DNA of 64,000 bases from an uncultured Gemmatimonadales bacterium (GTDB taxonomy: Bacteria > Gemmatimonadota > Gemmatimonadetes > Palauibacterales > Palauibacteraceae): contig CAWANJ010000001.1 of assembly GCA_963783385.1 (NCBI GenBank), positions 288,001-352,000 of the forward strand, in the 5' to 3' direction. The translations under genes and the position numbers were made by a program. The notes below the pieces were generated by a model that saw only the letters and a program-made list of their open reading frames with translations, had not been told where the DNA came from and did no database searches. Shown here one piece after another: positions 37,357-47,145 of this stretch (its first letter is position 1; each line of letters opens with the position of its first letter).

Positions 37357-38085
37357 CTAGATCCGCCGGAGCAGGAAGCCGGGGGTGAAGCGGGTGGCCC
37401 ACGAGGCCAGGACCGTGAACTCCCCCGTCACCAGCAGCAGGCCCACGGCGACCAGCAGCGCGCCGCTGACCCGCTCCACCCACGGAATGTAGCGCCGGAA
37501 CCGCCGAAACACAGTGAGGAAGCGCGACAGGGCCGCGGCCGCCAGGAGGAAGGGCACCGCGAGTCCGGCCGAGTAAACGGCCAGGAGGCCGACGCCCTCC
37601 GCCAGCCGCTCCTGCGTGGCGGCGTAGGTGAGGATCCCCCCGAGCACCGGCCCGATGCACGGCGCCCAACCCGCCCCGAAGGTCACGCCCACGACCACCG
37701 CGCCCAGCATGCCCACGGGGCGGTTCTGCAACTGCACCCGGCGCTCGCGGAGCAGGAAGCGGAGGGGCGTGATCCCGAGGAGGTGGAGCCCGAACACGAT
37801 GACCAGGATCCCGCCGATGCGGGCAATCCACAGCTGGTAGTTGTGGAGCAGGTGTCCGAACGCGCTCGCCGAGGCGCCCAGACCCATGAACACGATGCTG
37901 AACCCGGCCACGAACAGGAGCGCGTGCACGAAGGCCGTGCGCCGCACCTCTCCACCCCCCGCCTCGAGCTCCTCGAGTCCCACGCCCGCCACGAAGGACA
38001 GGTAGGACGGGACCAGCGGGAGGACGCACGGGGAGAGGAAGGAGAGGATGCCGGCCAGGAAGGCCACGAACACGCCGACGGTCAC
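37357..38085 (-). CDS. ccdA: Cytochrome c biogenesis/thiol-disulfide transporter CcdA
   Basis: SFLSPCVLPLVP and GWAPCIGPVLG. Confidence 0.92.
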   Translation of the reverse strand: MTVGVFVAFLAGILSFLSPCVLPLVPSYLSFVAGVGLEELEAGGGEVRRTAFVHALLFVAGFSIVFMGLGASASAFGHLLHNYQLWIARIGGILVIVFGLHLLGITPLRFLLRERRVQLQNRPVGMLGAVVVGVTFGAGWAPCIGPVLGGILTYAATQERLAEGVGLLAVYSAGLAVPFLLAAAALSRFLTVFRRFRRYIPWVERVSGALLVAVGLLLVTGEFTVLASWATRFTPGFLLRRI

Positions 38086-38089
38086 CGGC

Positions 38090-39013
38090 CTACCCCATCA
38101 TGAAGCGATAACCGACCATCTTGTAGGCCAGCTTGGCCGCCACGACGCCGCACGCCATGGGACCGAGGTCGGGAGCCAGCTCCACGATGTCAGCGGCCAC
38201 CACGTTCCGCTCGCGGAACACGGCCCGCAGGAGGTCGAGGGCCTGCCACCAGCTCCCACCTCCGGGCTCGGGGGTCCCGGTGGCGGGCATGACCGCCGGG
38301 TCGAAGAAGTCGACGTCGAAGGTCACGTATACGTTGGGACCGAGGGCGGCCAGCGTCTTGTCGATCCAGGCGTCGTGGCGGAGCTCCTCGGCGAACACCG
38401 TGGTGATCCCGACCTCCTCGATCAACCGCCGCTCCTCGCCGGTCAGGGACCGGATCCCGACCGCGGCGATCCTGGACGTCCGATCCAGGATCCGCCGCAT
38501 CACGCACGCGTGGCTCCATGGCGTGCCGTGGTAGCTGGCGCGCAGGTCGGAGTGCGCGTCGAGCTGCAGGACCGAGAGGTCGTCCCCGAGTCGGTCCAGC
38601 CACGCGTGGACCGGCGCGCTCGAGATCGAGTGCTCCCCACCGAGGGTGAGCAGGAAGCGGTCCCCCGAGGCCTCGAGGATCCTGCCGTACGCGTCGCGGA
38701 GCGTCCGCACGGCGGTCTCGGGACCGGCCGCCGGCAACTCCAGGCAGGGGAGCGTGCAGATCCCCGCCTCCCACGGCTCCCCGTCCAGCTCCTCGTCGTA
38801 CAGCTCCACGTAGCGCGACGCCTCGAGGATCGCCTCGGGCCCGGACCTCGTGCCCGGGCCGTAGCTGGTCGTCGCTTCGTACGGCACCGGCAACACGACG
38901 GCCCGCGCCTCCTCCCACGTGGAAGCGTCGGCGCCGTGCCCCATGAAGTTGTCCGCGGTCGTCCACGGCAGCTCGTCGAGCGCGGCGGGGTAGGGGCAGC
39001 GATCGGAGGCCAC
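38090..39013 (-). CDS. speB: Agmatinase
   Basis: GGEHSIS, LDAHSDLR, SHAC, FDVDFFDP..PATGTPEPGG; next to arginine decarboxylase. Confidence 0.92.
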   Translation of the reverse strand: MASDRCPYPAALDELPWTTADNFMGHGADASTWEEARAVVLPVPYEATTSYGPGTRSGPEAILEASRYVELYDEELDGEPWEAGICTLPCLELPAAGPETAVRTLRDAYGRILEASGDRFLLTLGGEHSISSAPVHAWLDRLGDDLSVLQLDAHSDLRASYHGTPWSHACVMRRILDRTSRIAAVGIRSLTGEERRLIEEVGITTVFAEELRHDAWIDKTLAALGPNVYVTFDVDFFDPAVMPATGTPEPGGGSWWQALDLLRAVFRERNVVAADIVELAPDLGPMACGVVAAKLAYKMVGYRFMMG

Positions 39014-39016
39014 AGC

Positions 39017-39580
39017 TCAGCCGCAGAAGATGGCGGCCGACACGACCGTCGCCCACCGCCCGTCGTCCGGTCCCTCGACCGCGGCCGTGATGTTGGTCGT
39101 CCGCACGATCTGGTCGGAGAGGCTCCATACCTGACGCTGCTCGTCCCAGGCCGCGTCCGGATCGAACGGAATGCCGAGGACCGTGGCCAGCATGCTGGCC
39201 GCCAGATCCTCCGCGTAGTTGCCCGCGTGCCCGGCCGTCTCCCCGTAGCTGTGGTGCTCGGAGAGGTAGCCGAACTGGTCGGGGTTCTTGGGAATGGCGA
39301 GACCTATGCTGGAGGCGATGAGTCGGCTGGGCTCGTTCGTCTCCGAGCGGGCCATCACCGAGAACACGATCTGGCCGGGCTGCAGGAGCTCGAGCCCGTC
39401 CTCCACGTCGACCACCTCGCAGCCGGGCGGGAAGATGGAGGAGACGCCGACCAGGTTGTAGCGCGCCACGCGGGCGTCGCGCAGGGCCATCTCGAACGAG
39501 GACAGCCGTTCGCGATGGATGCCCACACCGGACGTGAGGAAGATCCTGGACGGCACGAAACTCACCGCTTCGAACGGCAC
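39017..39580 (-). CDS. pdaD: Pyruvoyl-dependent arginine decarboxylase
   Basis: SFEMALRDA, YNLVGVSSIFPP (Ser-Ser self-cleavage site), GYLSEHH, YAEDLAASML. Confidence 0.9.
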   Translation of the reverse strand: MPFEAVSFVPSRIFLTSGVGIHRERLSSFEMALRDARVARYNLVGVSSIFPPGCEVVDVEDGLELLQPGQIVFSVMARSETNEPSRLIASSIGLAIPKNPDQFGYLSEHHSYGETAGHAGNYAEDLAASMLATVLGIPFDPDAAWDEQRQVWSLSDQIVRTTNITAAVEGPDDGRWATVVSAAIFCG

Positions 39581-39719
39581 TTCAGCCTCCGGTCGGGGTC
39601 AGGTCGGGTCCGAGGAGCGACCGGGGCGCGCGTACGCGCGCGCCCCGGGGACGGGAATCGCCGGCGAAAGACGGCCCGAAGCGCGAGGCGGCGCCCGGCG
39701 ACCCGGCGGAGAGCCGTGG

Positions 39720-40229
39720 TCAGTTCCGACAGTGCGAGCAGTGTCCCAGGAGCTCCAGGCGATAATTGACGATATGGAAGTCCGTCTTCCTCGCCACGGA
39801 GTCCAGCCACGAGGCGAGGCTCACGTCATCGACGTCGGAGACACGGCCGCAGCCGAGACAACGAACGTGCTCGTGCTCGTCCGTGCGCCCATCGTAGCGG
39901 GCCGGGCCCTCGCCGATCGTGAGTTTCCGGGCGAGCCCGCAGCTCACGAACGCCTCGAGCGCCTTGTAGACGGTGGCCAGGCTGATGTCGGGAATCTGCT
40001 CGCGGACGCAGGTGAAGATCTCGTCCGCGGTGGGATGGGAGAGCGAGCCGCCCAGCACCTCGTACACGGCCGCTCTCTGCGCCGTGAACCGGTGCCCGTC
40101 CGCCTCGAGAGCCTCGCGGAGCTCCGCTTCGAGCTCCTCCGGACTCCTGCGCTGTGTGACGCCCTCAGCCACGACTCGCCGCATCCGCTCGCGTCCACCG
40201 GCCGCGGTCGCCGGAGAGGCGGCCGCCAT
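39720..40229 (-). CDS. Fur-family transcriptional regulator (PerR-like)
   Basis: RFTAQR, HPTADEI, SLATVYKAL, HEHVRCLGC, CSHC; start uncertain. Confidence 0.9.
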   Translation of the reverse strand: MAAASPATAAGGRERMRRVVAEGVTQRRSPEELEAELREALEADGHRFTAQRAAVYEVLGGSLSHPTADEIFTCVREQIPDISLATVYKALEAFVSCGLARKLTIGEGPARYDGRTDEHEHVRCLGCGRVSDVDDVSLASWLDSVARKTDFHIVNYRLELLGHCSHCRN

Positions 40230-40239
40230 CGACCGAACC

Positions 40240-40272
40240 AAGCTAAGGATTTTCCACCCCGTCATCAATGAC
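40240..40272 (-). promoter_or_regulatory. Internal sigma70 promoter for fur-pdaD-speB-ccdA with a palindrome over the -35
   Basis: TTGATG-N17-TAGCTT; GTCAT-CA-ATGAC inverted repeat at 40261-40272. Confidence 0.5.
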
Positions 40273-40803
40273 CGGAACGGCCGGGGATCCGGGATCTTCC
40301 GCGTCCGCGGCGCACACGAGCGCGCGCCACCGCGCCTCCGAGCCCTCGACCCTCACGTGCACCGGGTCGTGCTCCGTCCCGACGCGGCGCTGGAAGCGCT
40401 CCAGGAGGCGCGGGACCCGATCGGCCGGCACCACCCCGTGCGCCCGCACGTCCTCGTCCAGCGGGACATCGGCGGGGGTCACGGTCGCCCCGGTCCGGGG
40501 TCGCTCCTCGCCCACGGCCGACAACTCCCGGTCCGGACGCGGCGCAGTCGGCTTGCGGGCCGTGTACAGGCGCAGGCGACCGTCGGCGACGTAGCGCGTC
40601 AACACCAGGAACTCGGCGGAGGCCTCCACCTCCGGGAGAGGGGGGAAGATCCACAGCTCGCCGATCTCCCGCGGCGCGATCCGGCGCGCCACCTCGAGCA
40701 GGCGCCGCGCTACCGGCAGAGGCGCCGGCTCGGGCAGGCCGTCCTCCGGCCCCGTCGACCCGGGGGACGGCGCGCCCGGTGACGCGTCGTCGGGTCGGCT
40801 CAC
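40243..40803 (-). CDS. Hypothetical protein
   Basis: IGELWIFPPL...HGVVPADRVPRLLERF looks globular; GTG overlaps the upstream TGA. Confidence 0.65.
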   Translation of the reverse strand: MSRPDDASPGAPSPGSTGPEDGLPEPAPLPVARRLLEVARRIAPREIGELWIFPPLPEVEASAEFLVLTRYVADGRLRLYTARKPTAPRPDRELSAVGEERPRTGATVTPADVPLDEDVRAHGVVPADRVPRLLERFQRRVGTEHDPVHVRVEGSEARWRALVCAADAEDPGSPAVPVIDDGVENP

Positions 40804-41855
40804 CCCGCCTCCACCTCCCGACGTACCCGCTCCACGACCAGGCGCCGCGCCTCCTCGAGCGGTCGGCTCAGGAGGGCTCCGGAAGCCTGGGTGTGGCCTC
40901 CGCCACCGAAGTCGCGGGCCACCTCGTTCACGTTGATGCGGCCGTTGGAGCGCAGGGAGATCTTGGTCCGGCCGTCGGACAGCTCTCGGAACAGGATGGC
41001 CACCTCGATCCCCTCGAGCCGGCGCGGATACTCGACCAGGCCCTCCCGGTCCTCGGGTCCCGCGCCGGTCTCCTCCACGTCGCGTGAATGCAGGGCGACC
41101 CAGGCGATGGCGTGCTCCGCGTCCACCTCCAGCGAGTCGAGGGCCCGCTTGAGCAGCTCGAGCCCTGCCGACGTATACCGCGCGAACAGGCGCCGGAACA
41201 TGGGCTCGATCTCCACACCGGCACGCAGCAGCTCGGCCGCGATGGCGTGCGCGCGCGGTGTCGTATTCCCGAACCGGAAGGAGCCCGTGTCGGTGACGAT
41301 GGCCACGTACAGGCCGCGCGCCTGTGCGGCCGTGGGTCGCCGGCCCTCGAGCGTGATGAGGTCGTAGACGAGCTCGCCGGTGGCGCAGGCGGAGGGGTCG
41401 AGTACCACCGTCTCCCCGATCGCCCGCGGAGTGGGCGGATGGTGATCGATGACCAGCACCCGGAGGCCGTCCATGCGCTCGGCGACGGATCCGATACGGG
41501 ACGTTTCGGACGTATCGAGCACCAGGATCGCGTCGGCCTCCTGCAGCGCGCGCCGACCGTCCTCCTGGTCGGGCGTCCACGCCCGACGGCCCTCGAGCAG
41601 GAACGCGAAGGCCTCGGGGAAGGGAGAGGGGTTCACGATCGCGACCTCGAGGCCGGCATCCTCGAGCCAGAGGGCGACCGCCGCCTCGCTGCCCGCCCCG
41701 TCCCCGTCGGCGTTGACGTGCGTCGACAGCACGACGCGGTGAGATCGCTCGAGGACGGATCGGAGCTCGGCCAGGGCCTCCCGGCGCCCCGGCTCGGGCG
41801 GCGGGACCGAAGCGGACCCGCGGCCTGGACGGTCCTTCATGGACACGGTCGGCAC
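40800..41855 (-). CDS. nrnA: DHH/DHHA1 phosphoesterase (NrnA-like oligoribonuclease/pAp phosphatase)
   Basis: HVNADGDG, VIDHH, TDTGSFRF, SLRS, GGGGHTQASG. Confidence 0.88.
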   Translation of the reverse strand: MPTVSMKDRPGRGSASVPPPEPGRREALAELRSVLERSHRVVLSTHVNADGDGAGSEAAVALWLEDAGLEVAIVNPSPFPEAFAFLLEGRRAWTPDQEDGRRALQEADAILVLDTSETSRIGSVAERMDGLRVLVIDHHPPTPRAIGETVVLDPSACATGELVYDLITLEGRRPTAAQARGLYVAIVTDTGSFRFGNTTPRAHAIAAELLRAGVEIEPMFRRLFARYTSAGLELLKRALDSLEVDAEHAIAWVALHSRDVEETGAGPEDREGLVEYPRRLEGIEVAILFRELSDGRTKISLRSNGRINVNEVARDFGGGGHTQASGALLSRPLEEARRLVVERVRREVEAG

Positions 41856-41862
41856 CGCGCCG

Positions 41863-42039
41863 TCAGCTCCGGTCTCCCGCGGCGCCCGTCGGTCCGCTTC
41901 CCGGGCCGCCGTCGGTCGGACCGCCGTGGCCCGGCTCGGCCACGATGCGATAGAAGCACCAGACCATGAGGAGGGTCACCGAGCCCATGCTCACGAACAT
42001 GAACACGGCGGCGAACGTCGTCAGACCCGTTCCCTGCAC
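41863..42039 (-). CDS. 58-aa single-TM small protein, probable MetS-like subunit of the NSS transporter
   Basis: Hand translation MQGTGLTTFAAVFMFVSMGSVTLLMVWCFYRIVAEPG...; AAAGGAGAGG RBS; not in the ORF track. Confidence 0.75.
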   Translation of the reverse strand: MQGTGLTTFAAVFMFVSMGSVTLLMVWCFYRIVAEPGHGGPTDGGPGSGPTGAAGDRS

Positions 42040-42075
42040 GCTGCACCTCTCCTTTCAGGCCCGGTCCGGCGGAGC

Positions 42076-43644
42076 TCAGAGCTCCGCCGGTCCGGGCGTC
42101 TTGTTCTCCCATGCCTTGCGGATCAGGAACAGGCCGACCAGGCCCATCAGCACGATGAGCCCCCGGCTGGCCCACCGGTAGGGGATGTTCTGCGGGTTGG
42201 CGACCCCGTGCATCAGGAAGGTGGGGATCGCCTCGCTCCATCCCCACCAGGCGAACAGGAGCACGAGGAATGCCGGGGTCACCCACTTCATGATCGGTTT
42301 GAAGATGCCCGGCACCCGCAGGTCCGCCCCGTGGTGCATCTCCTCCCACCCGCGGTCGATGCCGAACACGAACGCGAACAGGAAGATCTCGATCGTGGCG
42401 AGCACCACGAGTCCGAAGGTCCCGGCCCAGTAGTCCCACTCCGACATGAAGCCGTGCTGATAGAAGACCACGTGCGTGAGGCCCAGGAGCAGGGCCACCG
42501 ACATCACCCCGTAGGACGCCTTCTTCCGCGTCCAGTCGAACTCCTCCTGCAGGAAGCTGATCGTGGGAGTGGCCAGAGCCACGCAGGACGTGATCCCGGC
42601 GATGAACAGGAGGAAGAACCACAGGAAGCCGAAGATCTGGCCCCAGATCGCCGGTCCCGGCAGTCCCTGGAACACGACCCCCATGGCCACGATGCCCAGG
42701 TCGAAGGTCCCGCCCTTGGCGATGGACACGGCCCCCGTCACTCCGAAGAACACCACCGCCGCGGTGATCGCGATCGTGCCTCCCAGAACGACCTCGGCGA
42801 ACTCGTTCGTGGCGGCCGTGGACAGCCCCGTCAGCGTGACGTCATCGTTCGCGTCCAGGTAGGAGGCGTAGGCGTGGATCTGCCCCGCGCCCAGCGACAG
42901 GGTGAAGAACATCTGGCCCGCCGCGGCCAGCCACACCTTGGGATCGGAGAGGCTGGTCCAGTGCGGGTTCCAGATGAAGTTGAGCCCGTCCGCCGGAGAG
43001 GCCTTCATGGCCGGCAGGGTGAGGACCCGGATCATCAGCACCACCGCGAAGATGAACAGGAGCGGCATCCCGATCAGGGCCAGCTTCTCGATGCCGCCGC
43101 TGATGCCCCGGGACAGCACCCAGCCCAGGAAGACCAGGGTGACGATGAAGAAGGCCAGCGCCAGCCAGCCGCCGTGCATCGAGGGGTCGAAGATGTTCTG
43201 GAAGGAGTAGAGGTAGTGCCGCATCTGGTCGACCTGGCCGAGGCCGAAGTAGTCCCCGGTGGCGCTGAAGAAGCTGAACCCCAGCATCCAGGAGACCACG
43301 TAGGTGTAATAGATGAACACCACCAGCGGCGTCACGAGGCCGAGCACGCCCAGGTACTTGGCCCACGGCTTCTTCCGGTCGGTGAGCTCGTCGAACATCC
43401 CCGGAAGGCTGGCGTGCCCGAACTTCCCCCCGAACCGTCCGATCGTCCACTCGATCCACATGAGCGGGATGCCAAGGATCAGGAAGGACACGAAGTAGGG
43501 GATCATGAACGTGCCGCCGCCGTTCTGGGCGGCCTGCACCGGGAAGCGCAGGAAGTTGCCGAGGCCGACCGCGTTCCCGGCCATCGCCAGGATGAGGCCG
43601 ATGCGTGTCCCCCACTGCTCCTGCTGGTGCTTCTCGACGCTCAC
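42076..43644 (-). CDS. Sodium-dependent transporter, NSS/SNF family
   Basis: AGNAVGLGNFLRFP..AAQNGGG, WLAAAGQMFFTLSLG, FIAGITS. Confidence 0.93.
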   Translation of the reverse strand: MSVEKHQQEQWGTRIGLILAMAGNAVGLGNFLRFPVQAAQNGGGTFMIPYFVSFLILGIPLMWIEWTIGRFGGKFGHASLPGMFDELTDRKKPWAKYLGVLGLVTPLVVFIYYTYVVSWMLGFSFFSATGDYFGLGQVDQMRHYLYSFQNIFDPSMHGGWLALAFFIVTLVFLGWVLSRGISGGIEKLALIGMPLLFIFAVVLMIRVLTLPAMKASPADGLNFIWNPHWTSLSDPKVWLAAAGQMFFTLSLGAGQIHAYASYLDANDDVTLTGLSTAATNEFAEVVLGGTIAITAAVVFFGVTGAVSIAKGGTFDLGIVAMGVVFQGLPGPAIWGQIFGFLWFFLLFIAGITSCVALATPTISFLQEEFDWTRKKASYGVMSVALLLGLTHVVFYQHGFMSEWDYWAGTFGLVVLATIEIFLFAFVFGIDRGWEEMHHGADLRVPGIFKPIMKWVTPAFLVLLFAWWGWSEAIPTFLMHGVANPQNIPYRWASRGLIVLMGLVGLFLIRKAWENKTPGPAEL

Positions 43645-43769
43645 TCGTCCTCCCCCGCTGCCTTCTCCGGGTGGCCATCGGAGCCGGGAGCCGGCTCGCG
43701 CCCCCTCACGCCCGACCGTTGGTCGAGGACCCTAGCCCCCGCCCGACCGCCACGTCAAGGAAATCGGCG

Positions 43770-44438
43770 TCAGATCGGCAGGCGCCCGCGCAGCCGCGCC
43801 CAGGTGGAACCGAGGTGGACCCAGCGCCCGGAGGCCGTGCCCTCCACGCGGCCGGCCGCCAGAGCTTCCAGAAGCTCGGCCGGCCCCTCGAAGGGCGGCA
43901 CGTGCACCCGGCCGCGGCCGATCTCGGACAGCAGGTGCGCGTCGCTCCCGGCCCCGAGCGGAAAGCCGCGACTCCGGCCCCAGAGCGCCGCGCATTCGTT
44001 GGCCGCGGGGTCGTGGATCCGGGCGTTGAAGGCCTCCACGGCGTCGACGCAGTCCGCCACGCCCTCGAGGAACGCCTCGTCGGTCCCCCTGCGGGCATCG
44101 AAGGGGTGGGGCAGGTAGACCACCCCGCCCTGCCGGTGGATCGCATCGGCCACCTCGCGGAACGGGGCACCCGGCTCGATCCGATGCCGCAGGTAGAGGC
44201 CAATGAGGTCGAGACCCTCCGCCGTGCGCACTTCCTCGCCCACGATCACGCGCTCCGGGTCGAGGTCCCGTGCCGCGAACGCCCCGTCGATTTCGTCGTG
44301 GTCCGTGATCGCGATCCGGTCCAGGCCCACGGCGCGGGCCCGCGCCACCACCTTCGACGGCGCGCTCCGGCAGTCCACCGAGGCGCTGGTGTGCATGTGG
44401 AGATCCACCGCCCAGGTCGGAGGAGTCGACCCGCTCAA
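43770..44438 (-). CDS. PHP domain protein
   Basis: DLHMHT, AITDHD, PHPFD, GSDAH; TTG start overlaps the coaE stop. Confidence 0.87.
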   Translation of the reverse strand: MSGSTPPTWAVDLHMHTSASVDCRSAPSKVVARARAVGLDRIAITDHDEIDGAFAARDLDPERVIVGEEVRTAEGLDLIGLYLRHRIEPGAPFREVADAIHRQGGVVYLPHPFDARRGTDEAFLEGVADCVDAVEAFNARIHDPAANECAALWGRSRGFPLGAGSDAHLLSEIGRGRVHVPPFEGPAELLEALAAGRVEGTASGRWVHLGSTWARLRGRLPI

Positions 44439-45046
44439 CGGGCACCTGCCTCGCGCTCCAGGATGACGTCCCAGGCCGAACGGGCGCGCCGCTCGAGCTG
44501 CCCGAGGTCGCCGTCGTTGACGATCACGAGATCCGCCGCGGCGCGCTTGCGCGCGGCGGGCCACTGCGCCGACTCGATGGCCTCGAAGGTGCCCGACTCG
44601 AGCCCGCGCTCCGACTGGATCCGACCGCGGCGGACCTGCTCGGGCGCGTCGACCACCACGATCACGTCGAAGTCGTCCTCCAGCTCCTTCTCGAGCAGGA
44701 GCGGGATCTCGGCCACCAGCGCGCGGGCGCCGGCATCGCGCGCCGCCTCGAGGGCGTCCGCCCGGAGGGCATGCACCGCCGGATGAACGATACGCTCGAG
44801 CGCCTCGCGCTCCTCCGGACGGCCGAACACGCGCCGGCGAAGCGCGGCCCGGTCGAGGCGTCCGTCGGACCCGATGACGGCTTCCCCGAAGCGCTCGCGG
44901 ATCGCCTCCAGCGCCGGCGAGCCCGGCTCGACGGCCCGCCGTGCCAGGTCGTCGGCGTCGACGCGCCACGCGCCCCACCGCTCGAACATCCGGCCGACGG
45001 TGCTCTTGCCGGCGCCCACCGTGCCGGTGAGCCCGACGCGGATCAC
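44435..45046 (-). CDS. coaE: Dephospho-CoA kinase
   Basis: VGLTGTVGAGKST, DAD, LDRAAL, LERIVHP, EIPLLLE. Confidence 0.95.
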   Translation of the reverse strand: MIRVGLTGTVGAGKSTVGRMFERWGAWRVDADDLARRAVEPGSPALEAIRERFGEAVIGSDGRLDRAALRRRVFGRPEEREALERIVHPAVHALRADALEAARDAGARALVAEIPLLLEKELEDDFDVIVVVDAPEQVRRGRIQSERGLESGTFEAIESAQWPAARKRAAADLVIVNDGDLGQLERRARSAWDVILEREAGAR

Positions 45047-46257
45047 TCCGACGGCTCCGCGGACCCGCTCGCTCCGCTCCCCGGACCGGCACCGGCGGAT
45101 CCCGCCTCGGCCTGCGGGCCGGCGCCGGAGCCGCCGGGGGGCTCGATGATCGATCGGGCCTCTTCCCCGCCCACGCCGAGCGCCACCCGGAACTCCTCGA
45201 ACAGAGAGGCCACGAGCTCGTCCACCTCCGCGTCGGACAGCCCCTTCAACGGCAGCTGGGCGCCGGCCAGCATACCGTGGCCGCCCGCGGAGCCCCGGTC
45301 CCGGACCACCTGCTGGACGAGGTCACCCGCGTGGGCCTCCAGCTGATAGGTCCGCACCGACAGGAGGAGGTCGTCGTGATAGCGGCCGGAGGCGATGGTC
45401 CATTCGACGCCGTCCACCCGCATGAACATGTCGGCCAGCTCCGCACCCAGATCGGGGTAGTCGAGCCGACCCATCGGCACGCACATCACGCCGCCGTAGC
45501 CGCGGGCTCGCTCGAGCGCCTCGTGCACGGACTGCAGGTAGCTTGCCGGAACCCGCGCGTGCCGGATGCGGGAGATGGACTCGGGATCCGAGCGGGGATA
45601 CAGGTACAGGCTGGCTTCGACGTCGGCGGCGGAGACCTCGCGCCCCAGGTCCATGGTCTCCGACTGGATGCCGTAGAACAACGCCGTGGCCAGCGCACGG
45701 TCGGGCTCGAGGCCCGCCGCCCGCAGGTACTCGACCAGGATCGAGCAGCTGGCCCCGTACTCCGGCCGCACGTCCGAGAAGGTGGTGGCCGCCGTCTCCG
45801 GCCGGACGGGATGATGGTCGATCACGATGCCGGCGATGCGGCCCTCGGGGAGGGAGTTGTTCCCGGTCCGCGGCTGCGTGTCGACCAGGGCGACGACCGC
45901 GCCGGCCGGGATCTCGATCGAGCCCATCCGCTGGAAGGAGACGCCCGTCTCCGCGATCAGGGCACGATTCTCCGCCCGGCCGACGATGCCGCCGAACGCC
46001 ATCTTGGTGGAGACACCGGCGGCCTCCCGGAGGAGGAAGGAAAGCGCGGCTGCCGAGGCGATCGCATCGGGATCGGGATTGTCGTGCGTGAGCACGAACA
46101 CGTCCGTGGCGTCCTCGAGGGCGCCGAGCAGGCCGGCAAGCCGAACCGCCTGGTCCACGGTGGTCTCTCCGGGCTGCATGGGGCCGACCGGCTCGGACCC
46201 CGACTCTCCTCCCGACCCGGTGTCACGGTCCGCCGTGGACTCACGCTCCGCGCCCAC
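45043..46257 (-). CDS. DHH-family phosphoesterase (second paralogue)
   Basis: THDNPDPDAIASA, VIDHHP, GSAGGHGMLAGAQ. Confidence 0.88.
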   Translation of the reverse strand: MGAERESTADRDTGSGGESGSEPVGPMQPGETTVDQAVRLAGLLGALEDATDVFVLTHDNPDPDAIASAAALSFLLREAAGVSTKMAFGGIVGRAENRALIAETGVSFQRMGSIEIPAGAVVALVDTQPRTGNNSLPEGRIAGIVIDHHPVRPETAATTFSDVRPEYGASCSILVEYLRAAGLEPDRALATALFYGIQSETMDLGREVSAADVEASLYLYPRSDPESISRIRHARVPASYLQSVHEALERARGYGGVMCVPMGRLDYPDLGAELADMFMRVDGVEWTIASGRYHDDLLLSVRTYQLEAHAGDLVQQVVRDRGSAGGHGMLAGAQLPLKGLSDAEVDELVASLFEEFRVALGVGGEEARSIIEPPGGSGAGPQAEAGSAGAGPGSGASGSAEPSE

Positions 46258-46260
46258 CGG

Positions 46261-46374
46261 TCAGTCCGAACAGTCGCCGTGAGGATAGGGATGGCCACAG
46301 TTGGGACAGCGACCCCCACGACAGCCCATCCGCCGCACGGCGAGGGGCGTCCCGCACCGCAGGCAGGGCAACAT
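46261..46374 (-). CDS. 37-aa zinc-finger microprotein
   Basis: MLPCLRCG...GC...CPNCGHPYPHGDCSD; GGAGG upstream; fits the operon gap. Confidence 0.7.
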   Translation of the reverse strand: MLPCLRCGTPLAVRRMGCRGGRCPNCGHPYPHGDCSD

Positions 46375-46457
46375 CGGTCCGCCCTCGCCTCCCGTCGATC
46401 GTGGCGGCCGGGACGGCGGGACGGCCCGAGTCCGCGCTGCCACCTCCGCGCCCGTCC

Positions 46458-47120
46458 TCATCCGCTCCACCCGAAGGCGCCGCTCAGGAAGGGGTTGGTG
46501 CGCGCCTCCCGTCCCACGGTCGTCTCGGCCCCGTGACCCGACCACAGCACCGTGTCCTCGGGCAGGACGAGGATCTTCTCCCGGATGGAGCGCAGGAGGG
46601 TGGCCGCGTCGCCACCCGGGAGGTCCACCCGACCCACCGAGCCCGCGAACACGCAGTCGCCCACGAAAGCGTTCCCCGGAAGCACGAACACGACCCCTCC
46701 GGGCGAATGCCCGGGCGTGTGACGCACCTCGAAGGACAGGTCCGCCAGCTCCAGCCGCTGCCCGTCGGCGAGATCCCGGTCGGGTGCCGGAGGCGCCTCG
46801 ATCTCGAGCCCGAACATGCGGCCCTGGTCCACGACCGTATCGTACAGGGGTCGATCATCGGGATGGAGGTAGATGGGCACCTCGAAGCGGTGGCGCACGC
46901 CGGCCACGCCCCCCACGTGGTCCAGGTGGGCGTGCGTCAGGAGGATGGCCACGGGGTCCGTCTCCCAGTCCTCGAGCGCGGCGATCACGACATCGGAGTC
47001 GGCACCCGGATCGATGACCACGCACCGCGAGCCGTGCCTGCGGCGGACCAGGTATCCATTCGCCTGGATCGGGCCGAGAACGAGGCGGCGTACCTCGATC
47101 GCCTCGCGAGTGCCATCCAT
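46458..47120 (-). CDS. MBL-fold metallo-hydrolase (glyoxalase II/YcbL-like)
   Basis: THAHLDHVG, HTPGHSPG, GDCVF, GHG..TTVG.E..TNPFL. Confidence 0.92.
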   Translation of the reverse strand: MDGTREAIEVRRLVLGPIQANGYLVRRRHGSRCVVIDPGADSDVVIAALEDWETDPVAILLTHAHLDHVGGVAGVRHRFEVPIYLHPDDRPLYDTVVDQGRMFGLEIEAPPAPDRDLADGQRLELADLSFEVRHTPGHSPGGVVFVLPGNAFVGDCVFAGSVGRVDLPGGDAATLLRSIREKILVLPEDTVLWSGHGAETTVGREARTNPFLSGAFGWSG

Positions 47121-47145
47121 GCGCGCGGGTCCGTTCCGCGCCCCT

